A stretch of DNA of 64,000 nt from Candidatus Colwellbacteria bacterium (GTDB lineage: Bacteria > Patescibacteriota > Minisyncoccia > UBA6257 > Colwellbacteraceae). The DNA is taken from the NCBI GenBank assembly GCA_016176525.1, contig JACOWZ010000003.1, forward strand, positions 537,925 to 601,924, read 5' to 3'. Positions 24,508-34,084 of this stretch are shown here, piece by piece. A program made the position numbers and the translations under genes. The notes below the pieces were generated by a model. It did no database searches. It had not been told where the DNA came from and saw only the letters and a list, made by a program, of their open reading frames with translations. Each line of letters starts with the position of its first letter. Positions within the stretch are counted from its first letter, which is position 1.

Positions 24508-25068
24508 TTAGACTCTTTCTACATACTCACCCGTTTCGATGTTTACCCGCAAAATATCGCCCTCGTTAATAAATAGCGGAGTTTGAATTTTGGCGCCGCC
24601 TTCTATTGTTACTAATTTTGTGCCGCCCTGCGCAGTGTTGCCCTTTACCGCCGGCGGAGCTTCTATAACTTTGTATTCTGCTTTAATTGGCAATTGTATA
24701 CCTAGAATTTTATCTTCAAACTTAAGGGCCGTAACTTCCATATTTGGTCTAAGAAATATTTTCTTTTCGCCAATAAACTCGTCTTTAAAAGAAAATCTTT
24801 TAGATGGATTATTAATTTCTGTAAACCAGTTTTCTTCCCTGTGGCTGTAAATATACTTAATAGGGTCTTTTACAAGCTCGGCTTCTTCTAGCTTGTCGCT
24901 TTGGTGGAATGTCTGTTCTTTAATCTTGCCTGTAGAGAGATTCTTTAATTTGGTGCGCGAAACGGGCTTTCTCTGCTGCATTCGCAAAAACTCAAAATCA
25001 AGAATTTCCCACGGCTCGCCGTCTAAGACTATAAACTTGCCGGGTTTTAGTTCGTTGTATGCCAACAT
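24508..25068 (-). CDS. efp: Elongation factor P
   Basis: 186 aa. KOW-like N-terminus GKFIVLDGEPWEILDFEF and OB domains. Typical EF-P length. It sits 1 bp from the glmS start. Confidence 0.8.
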   Translation of the reverse strand: MLAYNELKPGKFIVLDGEPWEILDFEFLRMQQRKPVSRTKLKNLSTGKIKEQTFHQSDKLEEAELVKDPIKYIYSHREENWFTEINNPSKRFSFKDEFIGEKKIFLRPNMEVTALKFEDKILGIQLPIKAEYKVIEAPPAVKGNTAQGGTKLVTIEGGAKIQTPLFINEGDILRVNIETGEYVERV

Positions 25069-25134
25069 ATATACTTAAAGCATATAGCACATATGCTATA
25101 TTGCAATATGTGGAAAAAGCCCACAATAAAGAAG

Positions 25135-25437
25135 TTATTGTGTCAAAGTGCTTTTAATTCGCGCCGCTTCGGCCTCTACAACCTCGCCCTCATATTCTCC
25201 ACCGTGGGCGCTTGTGCCTGCATAAATTGGCCGCTTTTGGTCTAAGTGCAGGTTAAATAAAAGAGCTTTCTCTAATTCTTTTACATATAGGTGAAATCTT
25301 GGATACCCTCCCCTCTCTAGGGGGCGTATTAAGCTAACTTCGTTTGGGCCTGCCGCCCGCTGGGGCGTATAGCCGATTTTCCGTGCAATACTTACCACAC
25401 CCTCACGCGGCTTATTAATTTCAAATCTCATATCCAT
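25135..25437 (-). CDS. Hypothetical protein of 100 aa
   Basis: ORF only. I recognise no motif. Confidence 0.3.
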   Translation of the reverse strand: MDMRFEINKPREGVVSIARKIGYTPQRAAGPNEVSLIRPLERGGYPRFHLYVKELEKALLFNLHLDQKRPIYAGTSAHGGEYEGEVVEAEAARIKSTLTQ

Positions 25438-25456
25438 AGTATATAATAAATTTGCT

Positions 25457-26977
25457 ATGGCTGATATTAAATTAGGTAAAGAGAAAGACGTAGTCTACTT
25501 TGGCAAAACCAGTTTTCGCAACGAACAGCGCGTTTTTGGCATAAAGCGCAAAGACCGCCGCCAGCATATGTATGTAATAGGCAAAACCGGCACGGGTAAG
25601 TCTGTGCTTTTGCAAAACTTAGCGTTGCAAGATATTGCAAACGGCGACGGGGTTTGTATTGTTGATCCCCACGGAGAATTTGTAGAAACCATTTTAGAAA
25701 AAGTGCCAAACGAGCGCATAAAAGACGTTATATATGTAAACCCCGCAGACTCGGATTTTCACGTTGGGTTTAACCCGCTGGAGCTGCCAGACCCAAAATA
25801 TAAGCATCTGATTGCATCCGGCTTGATGGGAATATTCACTAAAATATGGGCAAACGTCTGGTCTGCCAGAATGGAATATATTTTAAATAACATTATTCTT
25901 GCGCTATTAGACACACCGGGCTCAACCTTGCTTGGCATACCAAGAATTTTAGTTGATAAAACCTATAGGCAAAAAATTGTAGATAATATTAAAGACCCGG
26001 TTGTAAAAGCCTTTTGGGTGCATGAATACGAAAGCTGGCAAGAAAAATTCCGCAGCGAGGCAATAGCGCCGATTCAGAACAAAGTGGGCCAATTTTTATC
26101 CACATCTATAATTCGCAACATTGTAGGCCAGCAAAAAAGCACTTTTGACATATACAACCTTATGAACGCGAGAAAAATACTTTTAGTTAACGTTTCTAAA
26201 GGCAGAATCGGCGAAGACAACTCAAAGTTATTGGGAGCAATGTTTATTACAAAAATACAGCTTTCTGCCATGGAGCGCGTGCGTATACCCGAAGAAGAGC
26301 GCAAAGACTTCTTTTTGTATGTAGACGAGTTCCAAAACTTTGCAACAGACTCTTTTGCAGACATTCTATCAGAGGCCCGCAAATATAGGCTAGATCTTGT
26401 GCTTGCACACCAATACATAGGCCAGCTTGTAACAGATGTTTCCACAAAAGTACGCGATGCCGTATTCGGCAACGTTGGCACAATGGTAATATTCCACGCC
26501 GGGGCAGAAGACGCGGAGTTTTTAGAGAAGGAACTTACACCTGAATTTAGCGCAGATGACCTTGTAAAACTGCCAAACTATACCGTATATGTTAAGTTAA
26601 TGCTAAATGGCGTAACTACCCGGCCTTTCTCAGCACACACACTGCCGCCGATAGAGGTTGAAGAGAAAGAGAAAACCAAAGAAGAAATAATAAAAACCTC
26701 AAGAAAACTTTATTGCAGACCAAATAAACAAATTGAAGCAGAAATTAATGAGTGGAGCGGCATGATTATGGGGCCAGAAGCCGTACGCCGCCAGCTTAAA
26801 CAAACTCCAACACGGTATAGTAGGCCACAAGCAGGTAGAACTAAAAACCCGCATACAATTTCTCTTAGAGAGTTAGTAAAACCAGAAGAAACTCCAAAAC
26901 AACCTAAGCCCGAGAAGGTTGATAAATCTGCACTACGCGAGGTATTAAGCGAGGCCCTTAAGGATAAAGACAAGTAG
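25457..26977 (+). CDS. VirD4/TraG/TraD-like (type IV secretion coupling protein family) P-loop ATPase
   Basis: Walker A GKTGTGKS followed by CIVDPHGEF. Walker B-like FLYVDEFQNF. The all-alpha insertion and C-terminal LAHQYIGQL region are typical of TrwB/VirD4-like ATPases. It has no N-terminal TM helix. Confidence 0.5.
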   Translation: MADIKLGKEKDVVYFGKTSFRNEQRVFGIKRKDRRQHMYVIGKTGTGKSVLLQNLALQDIANGDGVCIVDPHGEFVETILEKVPNERIKDVIYVNPADSDFHVGFNPLELPDPKYKHLIASGLMGIFTKIWANVWSARMEYILNNIILALLDTPGSTLLGIPRILVDKTYRQKIVDNIKDPVVKAFWVHEYESWQEKFRSEAIAPIQNKVGQFLSTSIIRNIVGQQKSTFDIYNLMNARKILLVNVSKGRIGEDNSKLLGAMFITKIQLSAMERVRIPEEERKDFFLYVDEFQNFATDSFADILSEARKYRLDLVLAHQYIGQLVTDVSTKVRDAVFGNVGTMVIFHAGAEDAEFLEKELTPEFSADDLVKLPNYTVYVKLMLNGVTTRPFSAHTLPPIEVEEKEKTKEEIIKTSRKLYCRPNKQIEAEINEWSGMIMGPEAVRRQLKQTPTRYSRPQAGRTKNPHTISLRELVKPEETPKQPKPEKVDKSALREVLSEALKDKDK

Positions 26978-26978
26978 G

Positions 26979-28436
26979 TTATTCTTCCAATATAGGCAAA
27001 TCTACCGGTGCTTTTCCCTTGCGCGCCTCTTGGTATTCTATCTTTGTCGCGCCAACGCCAATAACAGGCGGGTGAAAGAGCGTTGCAAGCTCGTCAATAC
27101 CTAAAATAAAAGTTTCTACTTGCAGAGCCCCAAAAGGAACATTTCTGCCAAGTAATGAACCAAGACGCCTATATTTGCCTGTCACTTTAGGATTGGACTT
27201 TTGATTGAACATAGGGCTTAGGGTGTAGAGATATTGAGGAATATATCTTTCTTTTGCGGCGCGAAACATTAGCCTGCGCCTGCGCTCCAGCCTTTCTTTA
27301 CGGAAGAAATAATCACCCAGAATAAATTTTACAAAAACATTTTTAGAATCCGAGCCAACCTTATTTTTCTTTATAAAAGTTTTCATATTCGGCTTGAACG
27401 AGTTTAAGTCTCTGGTTGCATACTGCGCAATTCCAGCAAACCCAGCAGTAATATTAGAACCTGTAAAAGCGTTGCGCGAATCAATGTATGTAAACCTTAA
27501 TGCGCACTCAAAGGCAACTTTACTCATTTTTCTGTCAATTCGCTCCGCCGCCTCTTGTTCGCCTGGAGTTGCAAATTTAAACATAAGTTTTTCTTCTTTC
27601 TTGGCTGTTTCTGCGCCACCCTTTCCTCCCGCTACTGTGCTTATTAAATCAACTATAAAGTCTAAAAACGCTATAATTGGGTTTTTCTCGGGCTTCTTAG
27701 ATGGCCTACCGTAGAGCTTATCTACAATCTCTTTGCCTTTGTCTTTCCACTCTTTGCCATACTCATCAAAATGCGGGCGGATAATAAGCTGCAAGATAAG
27801 CATTTCGTCTTCTTTAAGGTTAGACATTACCTCGCCGAAGGTAGAAATTGGGTCAAGCCGTTTTTCTTCTGCCGCCTCCTCAAAAAAGTCGTAGGTCTTG
27901 AGCGGGTAAGCGTTATCTCTTGCAAGCATAAAGTCTGTAGAGAATGTACTGAATGTTTCGTTTGGCAGGTTTTCCGGCAATGAATCAAAATAATCCGGCA
28001 CTTCTGTAATTTCTACATTCGGATATTGCGCGAAGAAAGAGTCCATAACAGTTTTTTTGAAACCAGCCGGAACTCGGATATAAAAACCCATTTTGCCGGC
28101 ATGGCCCACAATTTCTAAAGACATCCACCGCTCAACCTCTCCTTCGACCCAAACCTGATACCAATTGTAGCCATATGAATACCAAGCATGAAAACCGGCA
28201 AAAACCTGCTCCATTGCTTTTGGAGATTTTTCGTTGTCTTTAGGAAAAATAACCTGCAAGACAACCCACTTTATCTTTTTAATCGTTGCGTCTTGCTTCC
28301 TTATAAGATAATTTTTAATTGCAATCTTAAAAACCCATCTTATAAACAAAAAGGTCAGTCCAAGAACAAGTAAAACCGCCCAATTCTCTAATAGGAATTG
28401 CCATATAAGCGAAGCGTAACTGATTATCAGATCCAT
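26979..28436 (-). CDS. Membrane-anchored hypothetical protein (2 N-terminal TM helices, large soluble domain). Convergent with the VirD4-like ATPase.
   Basis: 485 aa, with an N-terminal hydrophobic pair. I recognise no catalytic motif. Confidence 0.35.
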   Translation of the reverse strand: MDLIISYASLIWQFLLENWAVLLVLGLTFLFIRWVFKIAIKNYLIRKQDATIKKIKWVVLQVIFPKDNEKSPKAMEQVFAGFHAWYSYGYNWYQVWVEGEVERWMSLEIVGHAGKMGFYIRVPAGFKKTVMDSFFAQYPNVEITEVPDYFDSLPENLPNETFSTFSTDFMLARDNAYPLKTYDFFEEAAEEKRLDPISTFGEVMSNLKEDEMLILQLIIRPHFDEYGKEWKDKGKEIVDKLYGRPSKKPEKNPIIAFLDFIVDLISTVAGGKGGAETAKKEEKLMFKFATPGEQEAAERIDRKMSKVAFECALRFTYIDSRNAFTGSNITAGFAGIAQYATRDLNSFKPNMKTFIKKNKVGSDSKNVFVKFILGDYFFRKERLERRRRLMFRAAKERYIPQYLYTLSPMFNQKSNPKVTGKYRRLGSLLGRNVPFGALQVETFILGIDELATLFHPPVIGVGATKIEYQEARKGKAPVDLPILEE

Positions 28437-28441
28437 ACCGT

Positions 28442-29266
28442 CTATTTTAGCGCGTATAACCCTCTGCCTACAAGCCTAAAGCGATTATCTTTTATAAGCT
28501 CGTTATGCACAGTGTCTGGGTGCGAAGGCTTAACGCCGTTTAGTTTGTTTACTCTTTCTGCTATTTCGCGGAAGTGTAAGGGTTTGCCGGCATACTTAAG
28601 CACAATATAATTTTTGTCTTTGGTTGTTTTCGGGTTTATGTGCACCCAGTGTTTTGCGCCAAGGTCTCCATACGGGCCTATGCCGAAATTCTTTGAAATA
28701 TGCAAATAGTTTATTATTTTCTCTTTAGGCAGACTAAACTTTTTGCCAGCTGATTCAATAAATCTATCAAAATTATCATCATCAAAAGAATTAAGGTGTT
28801 TTGCAACTGCTCGGGCTTTTTCGTAGGCGCGCTCGTTGTTGTGCCAAGTGCTGTGCCAATCATCATCTTCGTAGACGATATTAGGTTCGCCGACTAGTTC
28901 GGCTATAAAGTGCAAGCGGTTATTTAATATTTTTTCGTTGTCTTTAAGCTTATTGGCTTCTATAAAGTCTTTAACCAAGAGATGCGACGGCCTTACTCCG
29001 CCCTGAGAGTCAAGGTAATCGTGCACAAACTTAAGGAAACGCACAATTTCTTTGTGGCGGCCAATTTCCGACCTTATAGCAGCCATTGTGGAATTCTGTA
29101 TTTGCCTAACACGCTCTCTTGTCAGGTCGTATACCTCACCTAATTCAGCCAAAGTCTTGTAGTCTTCGGACTCTAGGCCATACCTATCCATAACAATAGT
29201 TGCCGCCCTGCGGTCGTGGTTGCTGAGTTCGTTTTGTATTAAGTTGTATAACCTTGCCAATTCCAT
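28442..29266 (-). CDS. Sigma-70 region-4-like HTH domain protein
   Basis: The N-terminal DRRAATIVMDRYGLESEDYKTLAELGEVYDLTRERVRQIQNSTMAAIR resembles sigma-70 region 4 (RIRQIEAKAL type). The remaining 180 aa are unassigned. Confidence 0.4.
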   Translation of the reverse strand: MELARLYNLIQNELSNHDRRAATIVMDRYGLESEDYKTLAELGEVYDLTRERVRQIQNSTMAAIRSEIGRHKEIVRFLKFVHDYLDSQGGVRPSHLLVKDFIEANKLKDNEKILNNRLHFIAELVGEPNIVYEDDDWHSTWHNNERAYEKARAVAKHLNSFDDDNFDRFIESAGKKFSLPKEKIINYLHISKNFGIGPYGDLGAKHWVHINPKTTKDKNYIVLKYAGKPLHFREIAERVNKLNGVKPSHPDTVHNELIKDNRFRLVGRGLYALK

Positions 29267-29300
29267 AGTTTATATATATTACAACCGACTGGCCTATGTG

Positions 29301-30188
29301 TCAACTCCGTCTAAATAGGGTTAGTATCGGGCTTGCGACGAATATAGATGAATATGTACCTACAACGGTGCCAATAAGCATTATTAGCATAAAATACCTT
29401 AAGCTAGCCGGCCCCAGAAAAAGCAGCGCCAAAAGCACCAAAACGAGCGTAAAAGAAGTGTTTATAGACCGTTTTAGAGTCTCGTTAATGCTTTTATTTA
29501 CGATTGTCCCCATCTCTATGTGCCTGGTTTTTATTATGCTTTCTCGGATTCTGTCAAAAACCACTATTGTGTCGTGTACCGAGAAACCCATTATTAAAAG
29601 GAGCGCGACAACAAAGGTTGTATCTATTGTCAGGTCCATATAATAACCGATAATAGCAAAAGCTCCGATGGGGATAACCACGTCGTGCGCAAGTGTAATA
29701 AGAGTTACAACTCCATACTTCCAAGATTTAATCGCTTTTGATGCGTGCCTAAATGCATAAGCAACAAACAGCGATATTCCTACAATTACGAAAACTATAG
29801 CTTGCATTGCCTTATCTTTTATCTCACGCGAAACAGACGGACTAATACTCCAAAAATCTTGCTCTTCCGCTTCTGGGTCTAACTTCTCTTTTATTGCAGA
29901 GAATGCTGATTGTCTTTCTGCATCCGGAATCTCGCGCAGAACCAGCGAGTAAACTCCGCTTGTTTGATCGTAAGAAAGGCTTGTTGGCGGAAGATTTATT
30001 TGAGTTTCAAAAAAATCCCTAATATCTGTTTTACTTACGATCTCGCTAAATTTAATTTGCCAGAGCGAACCGCCGGTAAAGTCCACTCCAGGTCTTAAAC
30101 CAAAAGCTAGAATGCCTACAATTGCAGCAAGCACTAAAATCGCCGATAAACTCAAAAATATTTTTTTGTATCTGACTACATCAATCAT
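29301..30188 (-). CDS. secF: Protein translocase subunit SecF
   Basis: 6-TM SecD/SecF-type topology. It lies directly downstream of secD. 295 aa. Confidence 0.8.
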   Translation of the reverse strand: MIDVVRYKKIFLSLSAILVLAAIVGILAFGLRPGVDFTGGSLWQIKFSEIVSKTDIRDFFETQINLPPTSLSYDQTSGVYSLVLREIPDAERQSAFSAIKEKLDPEAEEQDFWSISPSVSREIKDKAMQAIVFVIVGISLFVAYAFRHASKAIKSWKYGVVTLITLAHDVVIPIGAFAIIGYYMDLTIDTTFVVALLLIMGFSVHDTIVVFDRIRESIIKTRHIEMGTIVNKSINETLKRSINTSFTLVLVLLALLFLGPASLRYFMLIMLIGTVVGTYSSIFVASPILTLFRRS

Positions 30189-30190
30189 TG

Positions 30191-31468
30191 TTATTTAATA
30201 AATACTCTTAGCATAAGCCGACTTATGATTATCGCCGAAAACATGCTTACGAGCACGCCAACACCAAGGGTTAAAGCAAAACCCTTTACAAAGCTTGTTG
30301 TAAATACGTATAAAATTGCAGCGCTTAGAATGGTTGTGATATTAGAGTCTCTAATAGATGGCCACGCGCGCTTAAAGCCCTCGGTTATTGCGCTTGCCTT
30401 AGATAAACCCTTTTTAATTTCTTCTTTTGTGCGCTCAAATATAAGGATATTTGCATCAACCGCCATACCGATAGAGAGTATAAACCCTGCAATACCGGCC
30501 AAAGTCATTGTAAAGCCAGGTATAACCTTTAGCACTGTTAACGTGAAGACAGTGTAAGCAATAAGAGCAATAGAGGCTATAACACCAAACGAGCCATAGA
30601 AAATAGGCATAAAAAGCAGTACCGCAATTGCACCAATCGCTCCTGCAAAAAGCATTTTACTTAAGGCGCCTGTTGCAAGAGAAGGGCTAATTGTTCTTTG
30701 GTTAACAAGCTCAATAGGTGCCGCAAGCGCGCCGGCTTGGAACCGTTCAATTAGTGCCCGGGCGGATTGAACCGTAATACTGCCTCCAGAAATCTGCGCC
30801 CTACCGCCTGTTATCTTTTCGTTTACATTCGGGCAGCTGGCGAATGGGTCTTCCGGGAATATAAAGTTTCCGTCAACCAAAATACATAAAGGTTTTCCGG
30901 CATTACGCTCGGTAATATTTTCAAAAAGTTCTCCCCCTTCTTTATTTAGAGAAAAGTTAACTAAAGGCCTGTTTAGCTGGTCAAACCCCATTGAAGCGCC
31001 GGATATATGCCTGCCAGTAAGCTCTGTTGGCCTAAGGTCTGTTACATCTTCAGCTGCACCCGTAAACTCGGCAAATTGCAGAACAGGCGTCTCGCCTATT
31101 AAGGCAACGGCATCTTTAAGCTCGCTTATGCCAGCAAGCTCAACAAGTAGTTCGTAGGTATCTGCTTTTTTTAATATAGCAACTTTTGGTTCTGCAACTC
31201 CAAAAAGGTTAACTCTTTTTTCTATAACATCCCTTAGGCCTGCAACCGCATTCTCTTGGTCTTCTGGGCGAACTTCAGACAAATCAATTTCGTAAACAAG
31301 GGCAGTTCCGCCTGCCAAGTCTAGACCTAAACGCCAAGGCAAAAAACTTTTACCAAAATCAGTGGGCACTACAAAAAGAGCCGCAAGAACGGCGACAGAA
31401 AATATAAATATCAGAAGTAGTATGTTTTGTCTGTGGTTTTTCATAAAACGATAAATAAAATGATACAT
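30191..31468 (-). CDS. secD: Protein translocase subunit SecD
   Basis: SecD periplasmic domain and C-terminal 6-TM bundle (LTLAGIAGFILSIGMAVDANILIFER). The ORF-track start at 31528 would overlap tRNA-Lys. The start was moved to an internal Met (31468 or 31444) and is uncertain. Confidence 0.8.
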   Translation of the reverse strand: MYHFIYRFMKNHRQNILLLIFIFSVAVLAALFVVPTDFGKSFLPWRLGLDLAGGTALVYEIDLSEVRPEDQENAVAGLRDVIEKRVNLFGVAEPKVAILKKADTYELLVELAGISELKDAVALIGETPVLQFAEFTGAAEDVTDLRPTELTGRHISGASMGFDQLNRPLVNFSLNKEGGELFENITERNAGKPLCILVDGNFIFPEDPFASCPNVNEKITGGRAQISGGSITVQSARALIERFQAGALAAPIELVNQRTISPSLATGALSKMLFAGAIGAIAVLLFMPIFYGSFGVIASIALIAYTVFTLTVLKVIPGFTMTLAGIAGFILSIGMAVDANILIFERTKEEIKKGLSKASAITEGFKRAWPSIRDSNITTILSAAILYVFTTSFVKGFALTLGVGVLVSMFSAIIISRLMLRVFIK

Positions 31469-31513
31469 TTGCCTTGCAAAAAACTCAAATACGCGCAATA
31501 ATTGTGCAATAAC

Positions 31514-31584
31514 GCCCCCATAGCTCAATGGTAGAGCAGTTGCCTTTTAAGCAATTGACCAAGGTTCGATTCCTTGTGGGGGCA
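31514..31584 (+). tRNA. tRNA-Lys (anticodon UUU)
   Basis: The cloverleaf was folded by hand. Acceptor GCCCCCA/TGGGGGC. D-arm GCTC-AATGGTA-GAGC. Anticodon stem GTTGC/GCAAT with loop CTTTTAA. T-arm CAAGG-TTCGATT-CCTTG. Discriminator A. Confidence 0.85.
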
Positions 31585-31725
31585 CAAACGAAGTTTGCTC
31601 TAAATTAAGTTTTCCACAGGCGCATAACTTGACAAAGATAGGGTTTGTGCCTAAGCTAAAATCAGCACTCGGAAAAACCAGCCTGGTAGGTTGGGACCGG
31701 TGAAAATAAGGAGGGAAAAAATACC

Positions 31726-32064
31726 TTGATAGAAGTAGGTCAGGGAATGTATGTGCTGAACGGACCGGAATGCGAAGCTCTTGTTCGAGAAATCGACACA
31801 AAGGGCACGTCCGGTGAACTAGGCGCAAAAGGAGGAGCACTCGCAGCGATCGTTCGCACAATGCGGCCTAGCACACCCGATGAGCTAGCCACAGCGATTG
31901 AGAGTGTCGGACTCTTCGATGAAGATCAAATTGATCTAAAAGGAGTCTCCAAAACCATGCGCGAGCTTGCACAAACAACAGCCGTGCCGCGTAAGTTCAT
32001 CCAAGCCGTCCTTGAATCCGTTGATCACTATCAACTTTCAAGGATTCTGGGAAATCTTACATAG
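31726..32064 (+). CDS. Hypothetical GC-rich small protein of 112 aa, adjacent to tRNA-Lys
   Basis: ORF with about 52% GC against the local background. It is followed by a clean terminator. I recognise no motif. Confidence 0.4.
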   Translation: MIEVGQGMYVLNGPECEALVREIDTKGTSGELGAKGGALAAIVRTMRPSTPDELATAIESVGLFDEDQIDLKGVSKTMRELAQTTAVPRKFIQAVLESVDHYQLSRILGNLT

Positions 32065-32079
32065 ATTTCTCCACAACAA

Positions 32080-32107
32080 GCTCCACCGATGTGGAGCTAC
32101 TTTTTTA
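32080..32107 (+). terminator. Rho-independent terminator. GCTCCAC-CGAT-GTGGAGC followed by TACTTTTTT.
   Basis: 7-bp perfect stem and a T-run 13 bp after the stop of the 31726-32064 ORF. Confidence 0.55.
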
Positions 32108-32114
32108 CCTTTAA

Positions 32115-33173
32115 TTACAGTTCCTGATCTAAATCTTCCAAAAGCTTTTTGGCTTTAACGCTTAAATGCTTTGGTGCGCTTGCGTCAAGCTTTATAACTA
32201 AATCTCCGCGCTCTGTAAGCCCTTCGCCTTTAATGCGCAATTCTTCTCCAACTGTAAAGCCAGAAGGTATCTTAAATTTAACCTGTTTACCGTCAATATT
32301 ATTAATGCTTAAGTCTCTTTTTAGGAGAATATCAACTAAACTAACCTGCATTTTTGTGTAAAGGTCGATGCCGTGGCGAGTGAATGTTGAGTGGGGTTTT
32401 ACGTGAACTCTTATATACAAATCTCCAGATTCTGTTTTGTGCTCTCCGGCCTCACCGAGCTTAGAAATTTTTATTATCTGGCCATCTTCAACGCCAGGGC
32501 GCACTTCAAATTCAACATTTCTAACTCCTTTTGTTCTTCCGGAACCGCCGCAACGCAAACATTCTTCGTTCGGAATTTCTCCCGAGCCCCGGCATGCAGC
32601 GCAGACCGCAACTTGCGCAAACTTGCCAAAAAATGTCGAACGCTCTTCTTTTACCTCACCCTTACCTGCACACCGAGCACATTTAGCAAATCCTTTATCT
32701 GGGTTATGCCCTATTCCACTGCACTTTTCACATGCAGTAAAAGTATTAAAAGTGGTTTTTACCTTCTTTCCGCTTTTAACTTCTTCTAACGTTAGCGTAA
32801 TGTTTAACTCTAAATCCCCGCCGCGCCTGTATGTGCGCCTGCGAGCGCCGGCGCCGCCAAAACCCTCAAAAAACATATCAAATATATCCTTAAGGTCGCC
32901 TATATCTTCAGCTCTACCGAAATTCATATCGCCCCAATTAAAAGGACCGCCTCCGCCTGCAAATTGGTCTGCACCTACGCGGCCAAACGCATCGTATTGC
33001 TTCCTTTTTTCAGTATTTGAGAGCACCTGATATGCCTCGTTAACCTCTTTAAATTTCTTTTCGTCTCCCCCACTTTTGTCTGGGTGGTATTTATGCGCAA
33101 GCTTGTGATATGCTTTTTTTATTTCTTCTTGAGTAGCGCTTTTTTCTACTCCTAATATTTTGTAGTAATCCAT
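32115..33173 (-). CDS. dnaJ: Chaperone DnaJ
   Basis: J-domain MDYYKILGV...HPD. G/F-rich region. Four CxxCxGxG zinc-finger repeats ([32 protein letters not shown]). Confidence 0.9.
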   Translation of the reverse strand: MDYYKILGVEKSATQEEIKKAYHKLAHKYHPDKSGGDEKKFKEVNEAYQVLSNTEKRKQYDAFGRVGADQFAGGGGPFNWGDMNFGRAEDIGDLKDIFDMFFEGFGGAGARRRTYRRGGDLELNITLTLEEVKSGKKVKTTFNTFTACEKCSGIGHNPDKGFAKCARCAGKGEVKEERSTFFGKFAQVAVCAACRGSGEIPNEECLRCGGSGRTKGVRNVEFEVRPGVEDGQIIKISKLGEAGEHKTESGDLYIRVHVKPHSTFTRHGIDLYTKMQVSLVDILLKRDLSINNIDGKQVKFKIPSGFTVGEELRIKGEGLTERGDLVIKLDASAPKHLSVKAKKLLEDLDQEL

Positions 33174-34084
33174 TATTTTAATACTATTCTTTCTACACTC
33201 CTTGACTCAAACTTTATAACTAAAAAGTTAGAAACAATTAAAACTTCATATATTAGAAATACTATAAGCGAAAGCGGTATGTAGAACAAATATCCTATTC
33301 CTCGAAATACCAACCATAAAACCAAAAGTATTAGAATAAAACCCAATGTTTTGCCCGCAAGTTCAAACGCTTCAAACCACGAAGACATCCGCTCTACAAT
33401 CACTTCCCATATCGGCATATCCAAATTGAACTCTCCAAAATAACCTTCTAGGTTTTCTTTCACCTGTGAAACCGCAGAGTTTATATCAAAACCTGCACGC
33501 TCTTCCTCCGGTATATTTTTTATAATTGCGCCTTCTATTATATTGCGCGGAGTAACATCTGTGCCAAGACCTGTTAAAAGCGGTGCAGCTTCGCCAATCT
33601 TTCCTGCAGCAAAATATGTAACGGAGAGAAATATTAGGGTGCCGGCAACTGCGTTTATAACAATCCCCTTAATAACACGCCTGAAAGGAATCTTGACCGA
33701 ACCTTCCAATACTTTCCAAGACCGGAATATTGTATAAGTTAAGAATGCCAGAAACACTGCCCAGGCAGCGAATAAGTACAAAGACAAAAATTCTCTAAAA
33801 ACAAGTGCAATCGGCAATGCCATAAAAAATGCATCGGCAAATACAGCGATTAAAGCAACTCGGAGATCTCTTAATGCTAAAACTTGAATCGTAAAGAGAG
33901 ACCAAAAAATAAAAAGAGCAATTAAAGTTTGAAAAAACGTGCCTTGAATAACGAAAACGCCTGCTATAGAGGCGGAAGCAGCGACTAGGATTACAATTAA
34001 ACCAGGCTTAATCCACTCATTACGGCGTTCTTTAGGTTCAGAAACCCTAAACGTTTGGTTTTCCATTTTTATACATCGCCTCAC
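33173..34084 (-). CDS. Polytopic membrane protein of unknown function, inserted between dnaK and dnaJ
   Basis: 303 aa with at least 6 hydrophobic helices. Its start overlaps the dnaK 3' end. A shorter start at MENQTFRV would still overlap. Confidence 0.4.
   Translation of the reverse strand: MRRCIKMENQTFRVSEPKERRNEWIKPGLIVILVAASASIAGVFVIQGTFFQTLIALFIFWSLFTIQVLALRDLRVALIAVFADAFFMALPIALVFREFLSLYLFAAWAVFLAFLTYTIFRSWKVLEGSVKIPFRRVIKGIVINAVAGTLIFLSVTYFAAGKIGEAAPLLTGLGTDVTPRNIIEGAIIKNIPEEERAGFDINSAVSQVKENLEGYFGEFNLDMPIWEVIVERMSSWFEAFELAGKTLGFILILLVLWLVFRGIGYLFYIPLSLIVFLIYEVLIVSNFLVIKFESRSVERIVLK

Noticed and set aside
25457-26977. Conjugative element or integrative conjugative element around the VirD4-like ATPase
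   Set aside because: No relaxase, VirB4, VirB11 or integrase was seen, and no flanking repeats. Nucleotide composition matches the genome background.
31547-31861. Minus-strand ORF of 104 aa overlapping tRNA-Lys
   Set aside because: It overlaps the tRNA and the GC-rich ORF on the other strand. It has low-complexity composition and no RBS.
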